Below, one piece after another: positions 51,601 to 63,884 of a stretch of 64,000 nucleotides of DNA (the stretch's first letter is position 1; every line of letters begins with the position of its first letter). Position numbers and translations under genes: made by a program. The notes beneath the pieces are model-generated. The model saw nothing but the letters and a program-made list of their open reading frames with translations, did not search any database and was not told the DNA's origin. This DNA is from Squalus acanthias. Its lineage: Eukaryota. Where the stretch lies: the NCBI GenBank assembly GCA_030390025.1, contig CM059431.1, positions 149,050,001 to 149,114,000 on the forward strand. Reading direction: 5' to 3'.

Positions 51601-52789
51601 ATAAAAGCACGGCATTCTCGGCACTGACATCACTAAATAGTCACCTGTGTAGGTTACAGCTCAGAACAATTGGGCTGATTCCTCAAACAGACTGGAGAAC
51701 AGCAGTCATACCGTGAAATACATATTTACACAGTTCGGGACTGTCCAGAAACACTCAGTCACCACACAGGTTGACGGTGTAAGATAGAAATCATCTTCGG
51801 TCCTAATAACGATTAAATATGCACGCACTTTCTGTGAGAAGTGGCGATTTCTGTTCTTATTGGAGTAGTTGCTGTTCGCTTGATTGGATGCCTGCTTTGC
51901 ACACAAAATAAACCTACACTGAGAAGCTCAAATCACATGATCCTATTAGTGTCAGTAAGGTGAGCAAGTGTCAAGCATCATGCCCTCTCCTGTGGCATCT
52001 TAGTTGTTCACATTTGGTAATAAACTAAGACCCACACAAAGCTTGAAGGACCCAGTCTCCATTCCCCGCCTGTGGAATTTATGTTGTCATCATTCAGTGT
52101 GGTACTGAGCACCACACACAGTGCAGGATAGGCCCAGGATCATTCCACTGCATGTGGTGCGCTGGCTGATCTCACCCGGCGTGGTACTGAGCCCCACACA
52201 GAGCAGCATGGGTCCAGGTTCATTCCACGGCCTGTGGTGTGTTAGCTGATCTTGTGCAGTGTGGTATTGAGCCCGACACAGAGCAGCATGGGCCTAGGAG
52301 CAGCCCAAGCTTCTGGTGTGTTAACTGAACTCACCCGGTGTGATACTGAGCAGCACACAGAGTAGGATGGACCCAAGATCATTCCAGTGCTCTTGGTGTG
52401 TTAGCTGATCTGACCCAGTGTGCTACTCAACACCACATAGAGCAGCAATGGACCAGGCTCCATTTCCGGCCCGCCGTCTATCAGTTGTTCACATTCGGTG
52501 AGGCACTGAGACCCACATACAGATCAGGAAGGGCCCAGGCTCCATGGCCAGCCGGTGTAATGTCTGTTATTCACTTTCGGTGAGGTACTGAGCTCCACAC
52601 AGTGCAGGAAGGGCCCTGGATCATTCCCTGTTCCGTGGTATTTTGCCTGATCGCACCCGGTGTGATACTGAGCAGCACACATAGAGCAGGTTTGGGCCCA
52701 GGCTCATTCCCGACCTGTGGTGTGTTAGTTGTTCACATCCCGTGAGGTACTGAGCCCCACACACAGAACAGGGAGTGCCCAGTTTTGTG

Positions 52790-53525
52790 TCATCCGCAAA
52801 TTTTGAAATAATGCCCTGTACAGCTCAGTCCATATCATTAATATATGTCAAGAAAAACAGTGGTCCGAGTACCTAACCCTGGGGAATACCTCTCTACCTT
52901 CCATCAGTCCGAAAAAAACACCGTTCAACAAGACACTTTGTTTCCTGTCACTTAGCCAATTACGTATTCATGCTGCCACCGCCCCTTTTCTTCCATGGGC
53001 TTCAACTTTGCTGGCAAGCCTATTATGTGGCACTTTATCGAATGCCTTTTGGAAGACCTTGTACTCCACATCAACCACGTTACCCTTATCAACCCTCTCT
53101 GTTACCTCATCAGAAAATTCAAACAATTGGTTAAACAAGATTTGCCATTAACAAATCCGTGCTGGGTTCAATGAATTAATCCACACTTGTCCAAGTAACT
53201 GTTAATCTTGTCCCGGATTATCTTTCTTTAAACCTTCCCTAACATCGAGGTTAAGCTGATTGGTCCTTACACGCATTTTTGAACAAGTGTGTAACATTTG
53301 CAATTCTCCAGTCGTCTGGCACCACCCCCGTAACCAATGAGGATTGGAAGATTATGACCACAGTACCTCCACAATTTCCACCTTTACTTCCTTCAGCATC
53401 CTAGGATGCATTCCCTCCGGTCCTAGTGACTTATCTACTTTAAGTACAGCTAGCCTTTCTAGTACCTGCTCTTTATCAATTTTTAATTCCATCTAATATC
53501 TCAACTACCTCCACATTCTCTATGA
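52790..53525 (-). mobile_element. Decayed CR1 RT fragment
   Basis: Reverse-strand CR1 motifs (CACTTTATCGAATGCCTTTTGGAA = FQKAFDKV). Confidence 0.82.
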
Positions 53526-53529
53526 CAAT

Positions 53530-54680
53530 AGGGAGAGCGGGACAGAGAAGGGAAGAGAGAGGTATACTAGGCGAGAGAAGAGGAGATTGGCAACGTGAGA
53601 GAGACAGCCAGTGTAATAGATACAGCGAGATAGAGATATATAGAGTGAGGCAGAGAGAGCGAAGGAGACAGGGAGAGAGATGCAGAGAGGTGAACAGAGC
53701 CAGAGAGGCACAGAGAGTGACAGAGAGTGAGAGGGAGACAGAGAGAAAGAGACAGAGATAGAGTGATCTGAGCAGAGGCAGGGGGAGAGAGAGAGAGAGA
53801 ACAAGAGAGGAAGGGAGGGAGATACCGAGCGACATAAAGAGAGACAGAGAAGGAGAGGCAGACAGTGGCGAAGAAAGAGAGAGAGAGGGCGGGTATTTAC
53901 CGACAGAGATACAGGCACTAAGAGACAGAGAGAGAGATGGACGCATATTGGGAGTGAACACCAGAGAAAGACTTGGAGAGACTGCGAGAGCGAGAAAAAG
54001 TAAAAGATTTAGAAAAAAATATGGAAAGACACAGACATGGTGAGGGAGCCAGAGACCGAGACAAGAGGTCAAGAGCGTGAGGGAGAGACAAAACGAGGCA
54101 GAGACAGACAGCTGAGCAAAGATTATGGGCTGAGAAATAAACCAACAGAGACAGAGAGGAACAGAGAGAGATACACATCGTCAGAGTGACAGGGAGGCTG
54201 AGAGAGAGAGGCTGAGAGAGAGAGAGGCGGAAACAGATAGGCTGAGGCAGAGAGACAGAGACAGAGAGATAAAAAGAGATTATATGCTGTGAAATAGACT
54301 AACAGGGACAGAGAGAGAGACAGTGAGTGAGAGAGACATAGAGTGAGTGAGATAGACAGAAAGTGAGTGAGAGACAGCGAGTGAGTGAGAGAGAAAGCGA
54401 GTGAGTGAGAGAGACAGAGAGTGAGTGAGAGAGACAGAGTGAGTGACAGAGACAGAGTGAGTGAGTGAGAGAGAGGCAGAGACTGAGAGAGAGTGAGCAC
54501 AACAGAAAGGGAGTAAGACGGACAGAGTGACAGAAACATTTAGGAGAGATAGACGGAGATAGAGAGAGGTGATATTATTAGATATAGATAGCGAGAGAGA
54601 GGGTATAACAGAGATAGAGCAGAGATCGATGATAGTGGACAAACACGGAGTGAGAAGCAGATTATAGACAGAGGGAGATG
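53530..54680. repeat. GA-rich low-complexity tract
   Basis: Composition; (GAGT)n and (GA)n runs. Confidence 0.9.
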
Positions 54681-55269
54681 AGTTTCCCTCTTGGTTCTGT
54701 AAAATTCTGTGTGCTGTGGGCCGTTTGAGCTGTTAATGATCCAATGACAGAATGTGCTTTATTACTGGGTGTGATCCCACATTTGTTATCTCCAAAAATA
54801 GCACAGAACTGAGCTGTTGCCGGCTAAACAAAACCCACATGTTGGAAGGACAGTAGAGTTATTCCAGGAAGAAAGTGGATTAGTTTAAATACACTGGGAG
54901 GACAGAAGCAGGAATTGATATCTCAACACTGATCTGACCGAGAGACTGGATCAGAGCATCCCAGGGAGAGGAATCACTGAGTGTGTGGTCGGCAGTGATC
55001 ATTGGGAAAGGACAAGCCGCCATCACCAGCCTGTGTTGAGTTGGCCTGATCTCACACCCGGTGTGGTACGGAGCCCCAATGCACACAAAGCAGGCGAGAC
55101 CCAGGCTCCATCCCTGATCTTTACTGAGTTATGCTGATCTCACCCGGTGTCGTAATGTGCCCCTCACACACAGCGCAGGAATGTCCCAGGCTCCATCACC
55201 GGTCTGTGCTGAGTGAGCTGATCTCAGACCCGCTGTGGTATTGAGCTCCACAAATGCACTCACACAAAG

Positions 55270-55795
55270 AATGGGACAGTGCAGAGGGAGCTTTAATCTA
55301 CATCTCACCCATGCTGTATATGCAAGGGGGAGTTTGAGGGGCCAGTGCAGAGGGAGCTTTACTCTGTATCTAACCCGTGCTGTACCTGCCCTATGAGTGT
55401 TTGATGGGCCAGTGTAGAGGGAACTTTACTCTTTCTCTAACCACGTCCTGCAGCTGCCCTGAGAGTGTTTCATGGGACAGTGTAGAGGGAGATTTACTCT
55501 GTAAAGAACGTCGTGCTGTACCTGCTAAGGGACAGCTTGAAGGGCCAGTTCGGAGGGAGAGTTACTCGGTATCTAACATGTGCTGTACCTGTCCTGGGTG
55601 CGTCTGATGGGACAGTGAAAAGGGAGATTTACTCTCTATCTAACCCGTTCTGTACCTGCCCTGGGAGTGTTTGAAGGGTCAGGGGAACGAGAGCTTTACT
55701 CTGTATCTAACCCATGCTGTACCTGCCTGGGAGTGTTTGATGGGGACGTGCAGAGAGACATTAACTCTGTATCTAACCCCGTGCTGTACCTTCCG
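55270..55795 (-). repeat. 67-bp satellite in reverse orientation
   Basis: GGAGCTTTACTCTGTATCTAACCCGTGCTGTACCTGCCC units. Confidence 0.88.
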
Positions 55796-56059
55796 AGGGA
55801 GCAGTTTAAACTAAGATGGCTGTCATTCCCCACACCTCACATTCCTGAGTATTATTCTGAGACAGTGTTTGTGTTGGTTTGTCCAGTTATTACAAAACTT
55901 CTTCTGTTCACCCTCTACGATTCTGTCTCTCGCTTGGGTCAGGGTTCCTCGGGCAGTTGCTTCAGGGAGCACTGTTGAGTGTTGGTATTGAAACGTGGGA
56001 GGCGTCACGGTCAGTCTCCATTGTGATTTCCGTTTCCATAACAACAGCCGTTACATTAC

Positions 56060-57680
56060 ATAAAATGTAAAGCACAGAAACAGGCCAGTCAGTTCAACTG
56101 CTGTATGCCAGTCTTTATGCGCCACACGGACCTCCACCCACCACTCATCTTACAATATCAGCATAACCTTCCAATCATTTCTGCTACTAGTGTTGAAATG
56201 CTTCTCCTTTATGGATCAATATCATCCACCTCAACCAATCTCTGTGTTAGCGAGTTCCACATTCTCACCACTCTCTGTGTAAAGAGCTTTCTCCTGAATT
56301 CCTTATTGGATTTATTGGTGACTATCTTATATTCATGGTCCGGCTGGAGTATTGTGTCCCATTCTTGGCGGCAAACTTTAGGAGAGATGTCAGTCATAGA
56401 GTTATACAGCATAGAAAGAGGCCTTTCGGCACATCCTGTCAGCGCCGGCTATCCAGCCCTGTCTATTCTAATCCCAATTTTTAGCCCTTGGTCCGTAGCC
56501 TTGTCTGCTATGGCGTTTCAAGTGATCATCTAAATGCTTCTTGAATGTTGTGAAGGTTCCTGTCTCTACCAACCTTTCAGGCAGTGCGTTCCAGATTCCA
56601 CCCACAATTTGGGTTTGAAAGTTTGTATTCAAATTCCCTCTAAACCTCCTGCCCCAGTAAATTGAAACTATGCCCCCTGGTTATTGACCCCTCTACTTAG
56701 GGGAAAAGTTCATTTCTATCTACCCTATCTATGCCTCTCATAATTGTGTATACGTAAATCAGGTCCCCCCTCAGCCTTCTATGCTCTAAGGAAAACAACC
56801 CCAGCCTGTCTCCTCATAGCTGACGCACTCCAGCCCAGGTAACATCCTGGTTTATCCCCTCTGCACCCTCTCCAATGTAATCACATCGTTCCTATGGTGT
56901 GGCGACCAGAACTGCACACAATATTTCAGCTGTGGCCTAACTCGCGTTATGTACAGTTCCATCATAACCTCCCTGCTCTTATATTCTATGCCTCGGCTAA
57001 TGAATGCAAGTATCCCATATGCCTTTTTAACCACCTTATCTAGCTGTCCTGATGCCTTCAGGGATCTATGTAAATGCACACCAAGGTTCGTCTGATCCTC
57101 TATCCTTCCGAGTGTCCTACTATTTATTGTTTATTCCCTTGCCTTGTTAGTCCTCAAAAAATGCATCACCTCACACTTTTCAGGGTTAAATTCCATTTGC
57201 CACTGTTCTGCCCATCTGACCAACCGATCTATATCGTCCTGTATTCTAAGGCTTCTCTCCTCGCTATTTACCACTCCACCAATTTTCGTGTCATCTCCGA
57301 ACTTACTGATCATACCTCTTACATTCATATCTAAATCATTAATGTACACTACAAACAGCATGGGACCCGGCACCGATCCCTGCGTTACACCACTGGACAC
57401 AGGCATCCAGTCACAAAAACAACCTTCGACCATCACCCTCTGCAACCTGCCACTAAGCCAATTTTGGAACCAATGTGTCAAATGGCCCTGGATCCCATGG
57501 GCTCTTAACTTCTTCTAAAGTTTCAGCATAACTTCCTTGCTCTTGTACTCTGCCAGTATTTATAAAGCTGAGGATCCCATGTGTTATATTCAACAATCTT
57601 GTCAACTTGTCACTTGAAAGGCTTGTTTACGTAAACTCCCAGGTGTCTCTTTTCCTGCGCCCCCTTTAAAATTGTACAAT
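56060..57680 (-). mobile_element. Stack of CR1 3' fragments
   Basis: FTQRVVRMWNSL; YCVQFWSPHHRND; GVTQGSVPGP..YINDLD..KFGDDTK. Confidence 0.85.
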
Positions 57681-57879
57681 TATTAAAACAGTTAAAATTT
57701 ATCAAAATCCATTTTGCTGCATTCCACATTACCTGTAAACCGGAATGAAGACGTGTCCAACTTTTTTAGTATCACGTTTTGTTGTATTTTCTCTCTGCTT
57801 CTCCTCATTTTCCTCCCAGATTTATCCTTCACACCTCTCTGCATTAAATTTCATCTGTTTTTTATTATTTTGCTTAATT

Positions 57880-59200
57880 CATGGTATGTGGCCATGGCTG
57901 GCACGACCAGCAATTATTACACATCCCTAACTACCCTTGAGAAGGTGTAGTTAAGCCGCCTTCTTGAACCGCTGCAGTCCGTGAGGCGAAGGTACGCCAA
58001 CAGTGCTGTTACGGAGTGAGTTGCAGGATCTTGATCCAGCGTAAATTAAGGAAAGGCGATAAACTTCTAAGTTTGGAAGGTGTGTGACTTGGAATGGAAC
58101 TTGGAGGTGGTGATGTTTCCATGCGCCTGCTGCCCTTGTCCTTCTAGGTGGTAAAGGTCGCGGGATTGGGAGGTGCTGTCGAAGAATCCTTGGCGAGTTG
58201 CTGCAAAGCATCTTCTACCTGTTACACACTGCAGCCACGGTGCAACGACGATGAAGGGATTGAACCTTTAAGGTGCTGGATGTGTTGCCAATCAAGCGGG
58301 CTGCTTTGTCCAGGAGGATGCCGAGCATCTTGAATGTTGTTGGAGCTGCCCTCATCAGACAAGTGAAGAGTATTCCATCACACTCCTTAGTTGTGCCTTA
58401 AGATGGTGGAAAGGCTTTGGGGTGTCAGGAGCTGAGAAATCGCCCCAGAATACCCAGGATCTCACGTGCTCCTGTTGCTACAATGTTATGTGGCTAGTCC
58501 CGGTCCAGTTAAGTTTCTGGTGAATGGTGAACCTCAGGATAGTGAAGATGGGGGATTTGGCGATGGTCATGCCATTGAATGTCACGGGGAGGTGGCTCTT
58601 ATTGGAGATCGTCATTGGCTGGCACATGTGTGGTGTGAGTGTTACTTGCCACTTATCAGCCCAAGCCTGAAAGTTGTCCAGGTCTTGCTGCATGCGGGCA
58701 CAGACTGCTTCCTTATATGAGGAGTTCCGAATTGAAGTGAACATAGCAATCTTATGCGAACATCATCAGTTCTGACCTTATGATGAAGAGAATATCATTG
58801 ATGAAATAGCTGAAGATGGTTGAGCATCGGACACTGCCCTGAGCAACTCCTGCAGCGCTGTCCTTGGGCTGAAATTATTGTCTTCCAACAACAACAGCCA
58901 TCTTCCTGTGCTAGATATGACTCCAGCCAATGGAGAGTTTTCCCCTCATTATCAATGACTTCAATTTTAGGAGAGCTCCTTGATGGCACACTTGGTCAAA
59001 TGCTTCCTTGATGTCGAGGGCAATTACTCTCACCACAGCTCTCGAATTTAGCTGTTTGTCCATGTCTCGACAAAGGCTGTAATGAAGCCTGGAGCCGAGT
59101 GCTCCTGGCTGCACCCAAAATTAGCGTCAGTGAGCAGGTTATTGGTGAGAAAGTACCACTTAATTGCACTGTCGACGACACCTTTCATCACTTTACTCAT
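57880..59200 (-). mobile_element. Second LINE family, RT to 3' end, decayed
   Basis: ALDIKEAFDQVCHQG, QQDLDNFQAWADKWQV; 3' end shared with the SINE. Confidence 0.85.
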
Positions 59201-59885
59201 TTCACAAGTCTGCTTATGTTCTCCTGAAGCCTACTACTTTCCAACTCAGTGTTTACTACACTTCCTAGATTTCTTTCATCGGCAAACGTTCAATTTATGC
59301 CCTTTATATAAGACTATTTGATTAATATTCATCAAAAAGATCAGTGGTCCGAATAGCGACCCCTGGGGGACACCACTGTTTTCTTCTCTCCAGTCTGAAC
59401 AACATTCATTCAACAATCCGCTTTGTTTTCTGAAGCTTAGCCAATGTAAGATCCCCACTGCCATTGCCCCATTTGTCCTAACAAGTTTATGCAATGGACT
59501 TATTAAATGCCTTTCTAAAGTCCATATACACAACGTCAACCACACTACACTCATCAACACTATCCGTTACTTCATCAAAAACTCAATCAAGATTGTCAGA
59601 CACACCTTGCCTTTAACATATCCGTGCTGGTTGTCATTTATTAATCCATGTTTTTTCCAAGTGACAGATAATTATCTCCGAGAATATGGCCTCTAGAAGT
59701 GTCCCCACAACCTTCGTTAGCATTACTGGCCTTCAGTTACTGGGTTTATCCCTCTATTCTTTTTTTAAACAGAGTGTAAATTTTGCAACACTAAAATTCT
59801 CCGGCACCACTCCCATAACCAAGGAGGATTGAAAGATTCTGGCTAATCCTGCGCTATTTCCATCATTCCTTCCCTCAGCAAACCT
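59200..59885 (-). mobile_element. Decayed CR1 RT fragment
   Basis: SGVPQGSLFGPLIFL and upstream CR1 motifs. Confidence 0.78.
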
Positions 59886-59955
59886 CATACATCCCAAATC
59901 GGAATGCGGAATTGATCTAATTCACTTTAGTACAAAACTTGTTGGATTGAAAGGC

Positions 59956-60057
59956 GTTAACTGAAGCTGCTTGTTCACTGACTGTAATTAATGCCAGTCT
60001 CCATGGGTTAACTGAAGCTGTTTGTTCAGTGACTGTAATTAATGTTCATCTCCATGG
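59956..60057. repeat. 51-bp tandem duplication upstream of the GPCR exon
   Basis: GTTAACTGAAGCTG.TTGTTCA.TGACTGTAATTAATG....TCTCCATGG at 59956 and 60007. Confidence 0.85.
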
Positions 60058-60228
60058 ACCGTAATTGCATCAGTGCAGGGTTTCCCTCCTCTATTTATGA
60101 GCGATTCCTTTCAATGTGTTATCCAGCAGTGACATGAGAGCCTCACCTCCGGCACTAACAGGGATCAGCACGCTGCCTTACAGAGAGGGAGTTGGAATGT
60201 TAGAACAGTAGATTGGAAGGTTACAACA

Positions 60229-60409
60229 ATGGATCAGAAGCTGAGAACAATAGATTGGAATGATACAACAATGGGCAGGAGTTTCATGTGGGAGTTTAAC
60301 ATACTTTCTGCAGCTTATGATGGACTATCATTACAATTGCGGATCAATTTCGCACTTAAGATTATTCAACACTTTTACTATCCGCTCGTTGCTGTTGTTG
60401 GTGTTCCTG
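60229..60409 (+). CDS. Coding exon 1 of a GPR139-like class A GPCR (N-terminus and start of TM1); remainder not seen in window
   Basis: ACAATGG start, NDT sequon, IQHFYYPLVAVVGVP then phase-1 donor G|GTAAGT. Matches the YYxLxxxxGxP pattern and, as I recall it, the intron position of GPR139/GPR142 genes. TATTTAT at ~60092. Confidence 0.72.
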
Positions 60410-60639
60410 GTAAGTCTTTCTGTCCAGCTATTCTATAAACCATATTTAACTGCAGTAATGTTCTTGTCATTTACTCTCCCCTCATTGATGTTATTGTTGT
60501 TCCCGGTAAGTCTCTGTATCCAACTATTAGCTCTGCAACATTTGATAACTGCATTACTGTTCCTGTAATTTACTCTGTCATCTTTGCTCTGTTCAGTCTT
60601 TATATCCAGCAATTAGATCTGTAATCCTCGGAATCACCA

Positions 60640-60920
60640 CCACCATAACATCACCCGTCTTCGCCCCGTCTCAGACATTCCGCTGCAATAACCCCATTTG
60701 TGAAATCCATAATCGACTATTCCAATGCTTTCCTGGCCGGCCTCTCAGTTACAAGCCTCCATAAACTAGAGCTCATCCAAAACTCTTCAGTCCATATCTT
60801 AACACGCATCGTGACCAGTTCACGCATCACTCTTGTGTTCGCTGAGCTACATTTGCTCCCGATCTGGCAACACCTCGAACTCCTTGTGTTCAAATCCCAC
60901 CATGGCCTTATCCCTCCAAA
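60640..60920 (+). mobile_element. L2-clade LINE fragment
   Basis: IDYSNAFLAGL..LHKLELIQNS..ITLVFAELHLLP..LLVFKSHHG. Confidence 0.8.
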
Positions 60921-61479
60921 TGTGTCCCATTCCCCTGCTCTTTTCCCATCGTCCTGCAAATTGCTCTCCTTCAAGTATTTATCCAAATCCACTTTTAAAG
61001 GTATTGTATTTTTTCACTGCACCTCTACCAGTCTTTCAGACTCTATTTTTCATTCTCTCTTTCTCTTGCTCTCTCCATCTTCTCTCTCTCTGTGTCTCAT
61101 GCTCGTAGAACCATTAAATGGTATAGCACAGAAGGAGGCCATTCGATCGGTTGTGTCCATGCCGTCTCTTTGAAAGGGCTATCTAATTCGTCCTAATCTT
61201 TAGCCTGGTCCCTGTAAAAAATTCCCCTTCAATTACTAATCGAATTCACTGTCGAGACGTGAATTTGCTACCAGCACGTTCTCAGACAGTGCATTGCTGA
61301 TCAAAACAACTCACTGCATAAAGAACATGCTCCTCATCTCTCCTCTGTTTTTTTTGCCAATTACCTTAAATCTGTGACCGCGGGTTACCCATCATTCTGC
61401 CACTGGAAACAGTTTCGACTTATGTACGCAATCAAACCCCATCATGATTTTTATCATCATTATTAAATCTCCCATTATG

Positions 61480-62785
61480 TTAAAAGACAAAGATAGAACA
61501 TGTGTAAAAGTTCTCAACTGCAGGAAGGCTAATTTTACTCAGCTGCGACTTGATTTATCAAAAGTATATTGGAAAAAGTTACTTTAAGGGAAATCAATGG
61601 CAGCAGTGGGAAGCATTCAAGAAGGAGATAGTGAGGGTTCGGAGCAATTATGTTTCCACAACGAAATAGGATGAGAACCCAATTCTAGAGACCCCTGGAT
61701 GTCAAGAATCATAGGTGGTAGGATAAGGAGAAAAAGGGAAGCATTTGACAGATACCAAAAGCTCAATACTACAGACAGCCCAGAGGAGTGTAGAAATTGT
61801 AGGGGTGAAATTAAAAATGCAATTAGGAAGGCAAAGCAAGTGCATGAAAAGTACTGCCAAGGTGATTTTGTGACTGGAAGGCTGTTTCCAGTGCGGTTCC
61901 GCAGAGCTACGTTGTAAGTCCCCTGGCTTTTGTAGTATATATCAATGATCAATACATCAATGCTGAGGCCATGATTAAGAAGTTTGCAGATGATACAAAA
62001 AATGTCCGTGTAGTTGATAGTGAGGAAGACAGTTGTAAACTGCAGGAAGATATCAATGGAATGGTCAGATGGGCAGAAAAGTGGCAAATGGAATTCAATC
62101 CAGTGAAGTGTGCGGTGATACATTTGGGAAGGGTTAACAAGGCAAGGAAATGCACAATAAATGCTGGGGAAATGAAAAGTGTAGAGCAACAGAGGGACCT
62201 TCGAGTGCATGTCCACAGATCACTAAAAGTAGCAGGACATGTAGATGGGGAGGTTAAGAAAGCATATGGGATTCTTTGGTTTATTGGACAAGGCATAGAA
62301 CATAAGAGCAGGGAAGTTATGCTAGAACTGTATAAAACACTAGTTAGGCCACAGCTAAGAGTATTGCATACAGTTCTGGTCACCACATTAAAGGAAAGAT
62401 GTGACTTCACTCGATAGTTTACAGAAGAGATTCACGAGGATGTTGCCAGGACCGGAGAATTTTAGCTATGAGGAAAGATTGGATAGGATGGGGCTGCTAA
62501 TTTGGAACAGAGGAGGCTGAGCGGAGATTTAATTAAGCAGTATAAATTTATGAGCGGCCTCGTTAGAGTGGATAGACAGCATCAATTTCTCTTAGCAGTG
62601 CGGTCAATAACCAGCGGGCATAGAGTAAAATGTAATTGGTAGAAGGATTAGAGGGGAGATGAGGAGATTTTTTTTCACCCAGAGTGCGGATATGGAAAGT
62701 GGAATTAGGCTGGATAGCTATTTCAATCGGCGCACACACGATGGGACGAATAGCCTACTTCTGTGCAGCCAATTTCTATGATTCC
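61480..62785 (+). mobile_element. CR1 LINE with internal deletion near 61860 and 3' tail
   Basis: PWMSR.., KFADDTK..WAEKWQMEFNP, tail TTTCTATGATTC. Confidence 0.85.
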
Positions 62786-62799
62786 ATCTTTCTGTTTCT

Positions 62800-63560
62800 T
62801 AACCTTCCCTGCTCTAAAATGAACAATCCCTGCTTCGCCAGTTTCTCCACCTAACTGACGTCACAGATCGCTGGAACCTTTCTGGTAAATCCCGACACCT
62901 TCTCTAATCATTGACATGCTTCCCAAAGTTTGGCGCCCAGAATTGGACACAATGCTCCAGCTGGGGCTTAACCAGTGATTTATAAAATGTTAGCATTTTT
63001 TCCTCGATTTTGTTACAGTGTGTCTCTGTTTGTAAACCCAAGGAATCAGTATGTTCTTTTAATTGCCGTTGCAACTTGTCCTGCCACCTTTAGAGATTTG
63101 TGTAAGTACAGCCCAGGTCACACTGATCGTACAACCGCTTTAAAATTGTACCATTTAACTTAAATTGCCTCTGCTCATACCTCCTACCAAAATGTTTCAA
63201 TTCACCCTTCTCTGTATTAAATTGTATCTTCCATGTATCGGCCCATCTCACCAGTCTGTCTGTGTCCTCCTCAAGACTGTTGCTACCGTCCTGATTGTTG
63301 ATTAACATTGCTGACATTGCTGACATCAGCAAACGTTTAAATTATGCGTTGAATACCCATGTCTATGGCATTGATGTGCATGGAAAGAGCAATTGCCCCA
63401 ACAAGGACAGCTGGTGAACACCACTGAATACTTCCATCCAGTCTGAACAACAACCGTTAACCACTACTCTCTGCTTTCTGTCTCTTAGCCAACATCCGAG
63501 CCATGTTGCCACTGCCACTTCAATCACTTGGACTTCAATTTTGTTTTCATGTGATACTTC
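62800..63560 (-). mobile_element. Decayed CR1 RT fragment
   Basis: FQKSFDEVSH..WLRDRKQRVVVNG; WADTWKIQFNTEK. Confidence 0.8.
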
Positions 63561-63884
63561 ATCAAAACTCTTTTGAAACGATAGCGAAATTGGGAAAGTG
63601 TGGGCAAGTAGAATCATAGAATTGGTGAGACAAGTTGTGTTGACGCCCCGCTCTGATCACAGGCCTCATTCCCATTTTATTATTTATATCCATTTATTCT
63701 CAGGATATTGTAAAGCTTTCAAGGCAGGTATTACTTGTCCATTCCTAGATACACATGAGAAAATGGTGGACTTTCTTCTTGAACCGCTGCAGTCCGTGTG
63801 GTGAAGGTGCTCCCACAGAACGGTTACGGAAGGAATTTTAGGGTTTTAATGCAGTGACGATGAAGGAATGGCGATATGTTTGAA

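Larger units (their letters stand above)
36620..52790 (+). repeat. ~16-kb diverged satellite array, ~78-82-bp monomer in two variants
   Basis: Core GTACTGAGCCCCACACAGAGCAGGA.GGGCCCAGG.TC.ATTCC.GGCCTGTGG with TTAGCTGATCTCACC or GTTATTCTCATTCGGTGAG variants. Remnant units at 55030-55250. Confidence 0.93.

Noticed and set aside
36620..52790. Satellite as CRISPR array, V(D)J RSS cluster (frequent CACAGTG) or hammerhead satellite
   Set aside because: No unique spacers or cas genes, no ACAAAAACC nonamer at 12/23 bp, and no CTGATGA...GAAA core.
60260..60568. Hydrophobic 102-aa ORF overlapping the GPCR exon
   Set aside because: Alternative frame reading through T-rich intron repeats.
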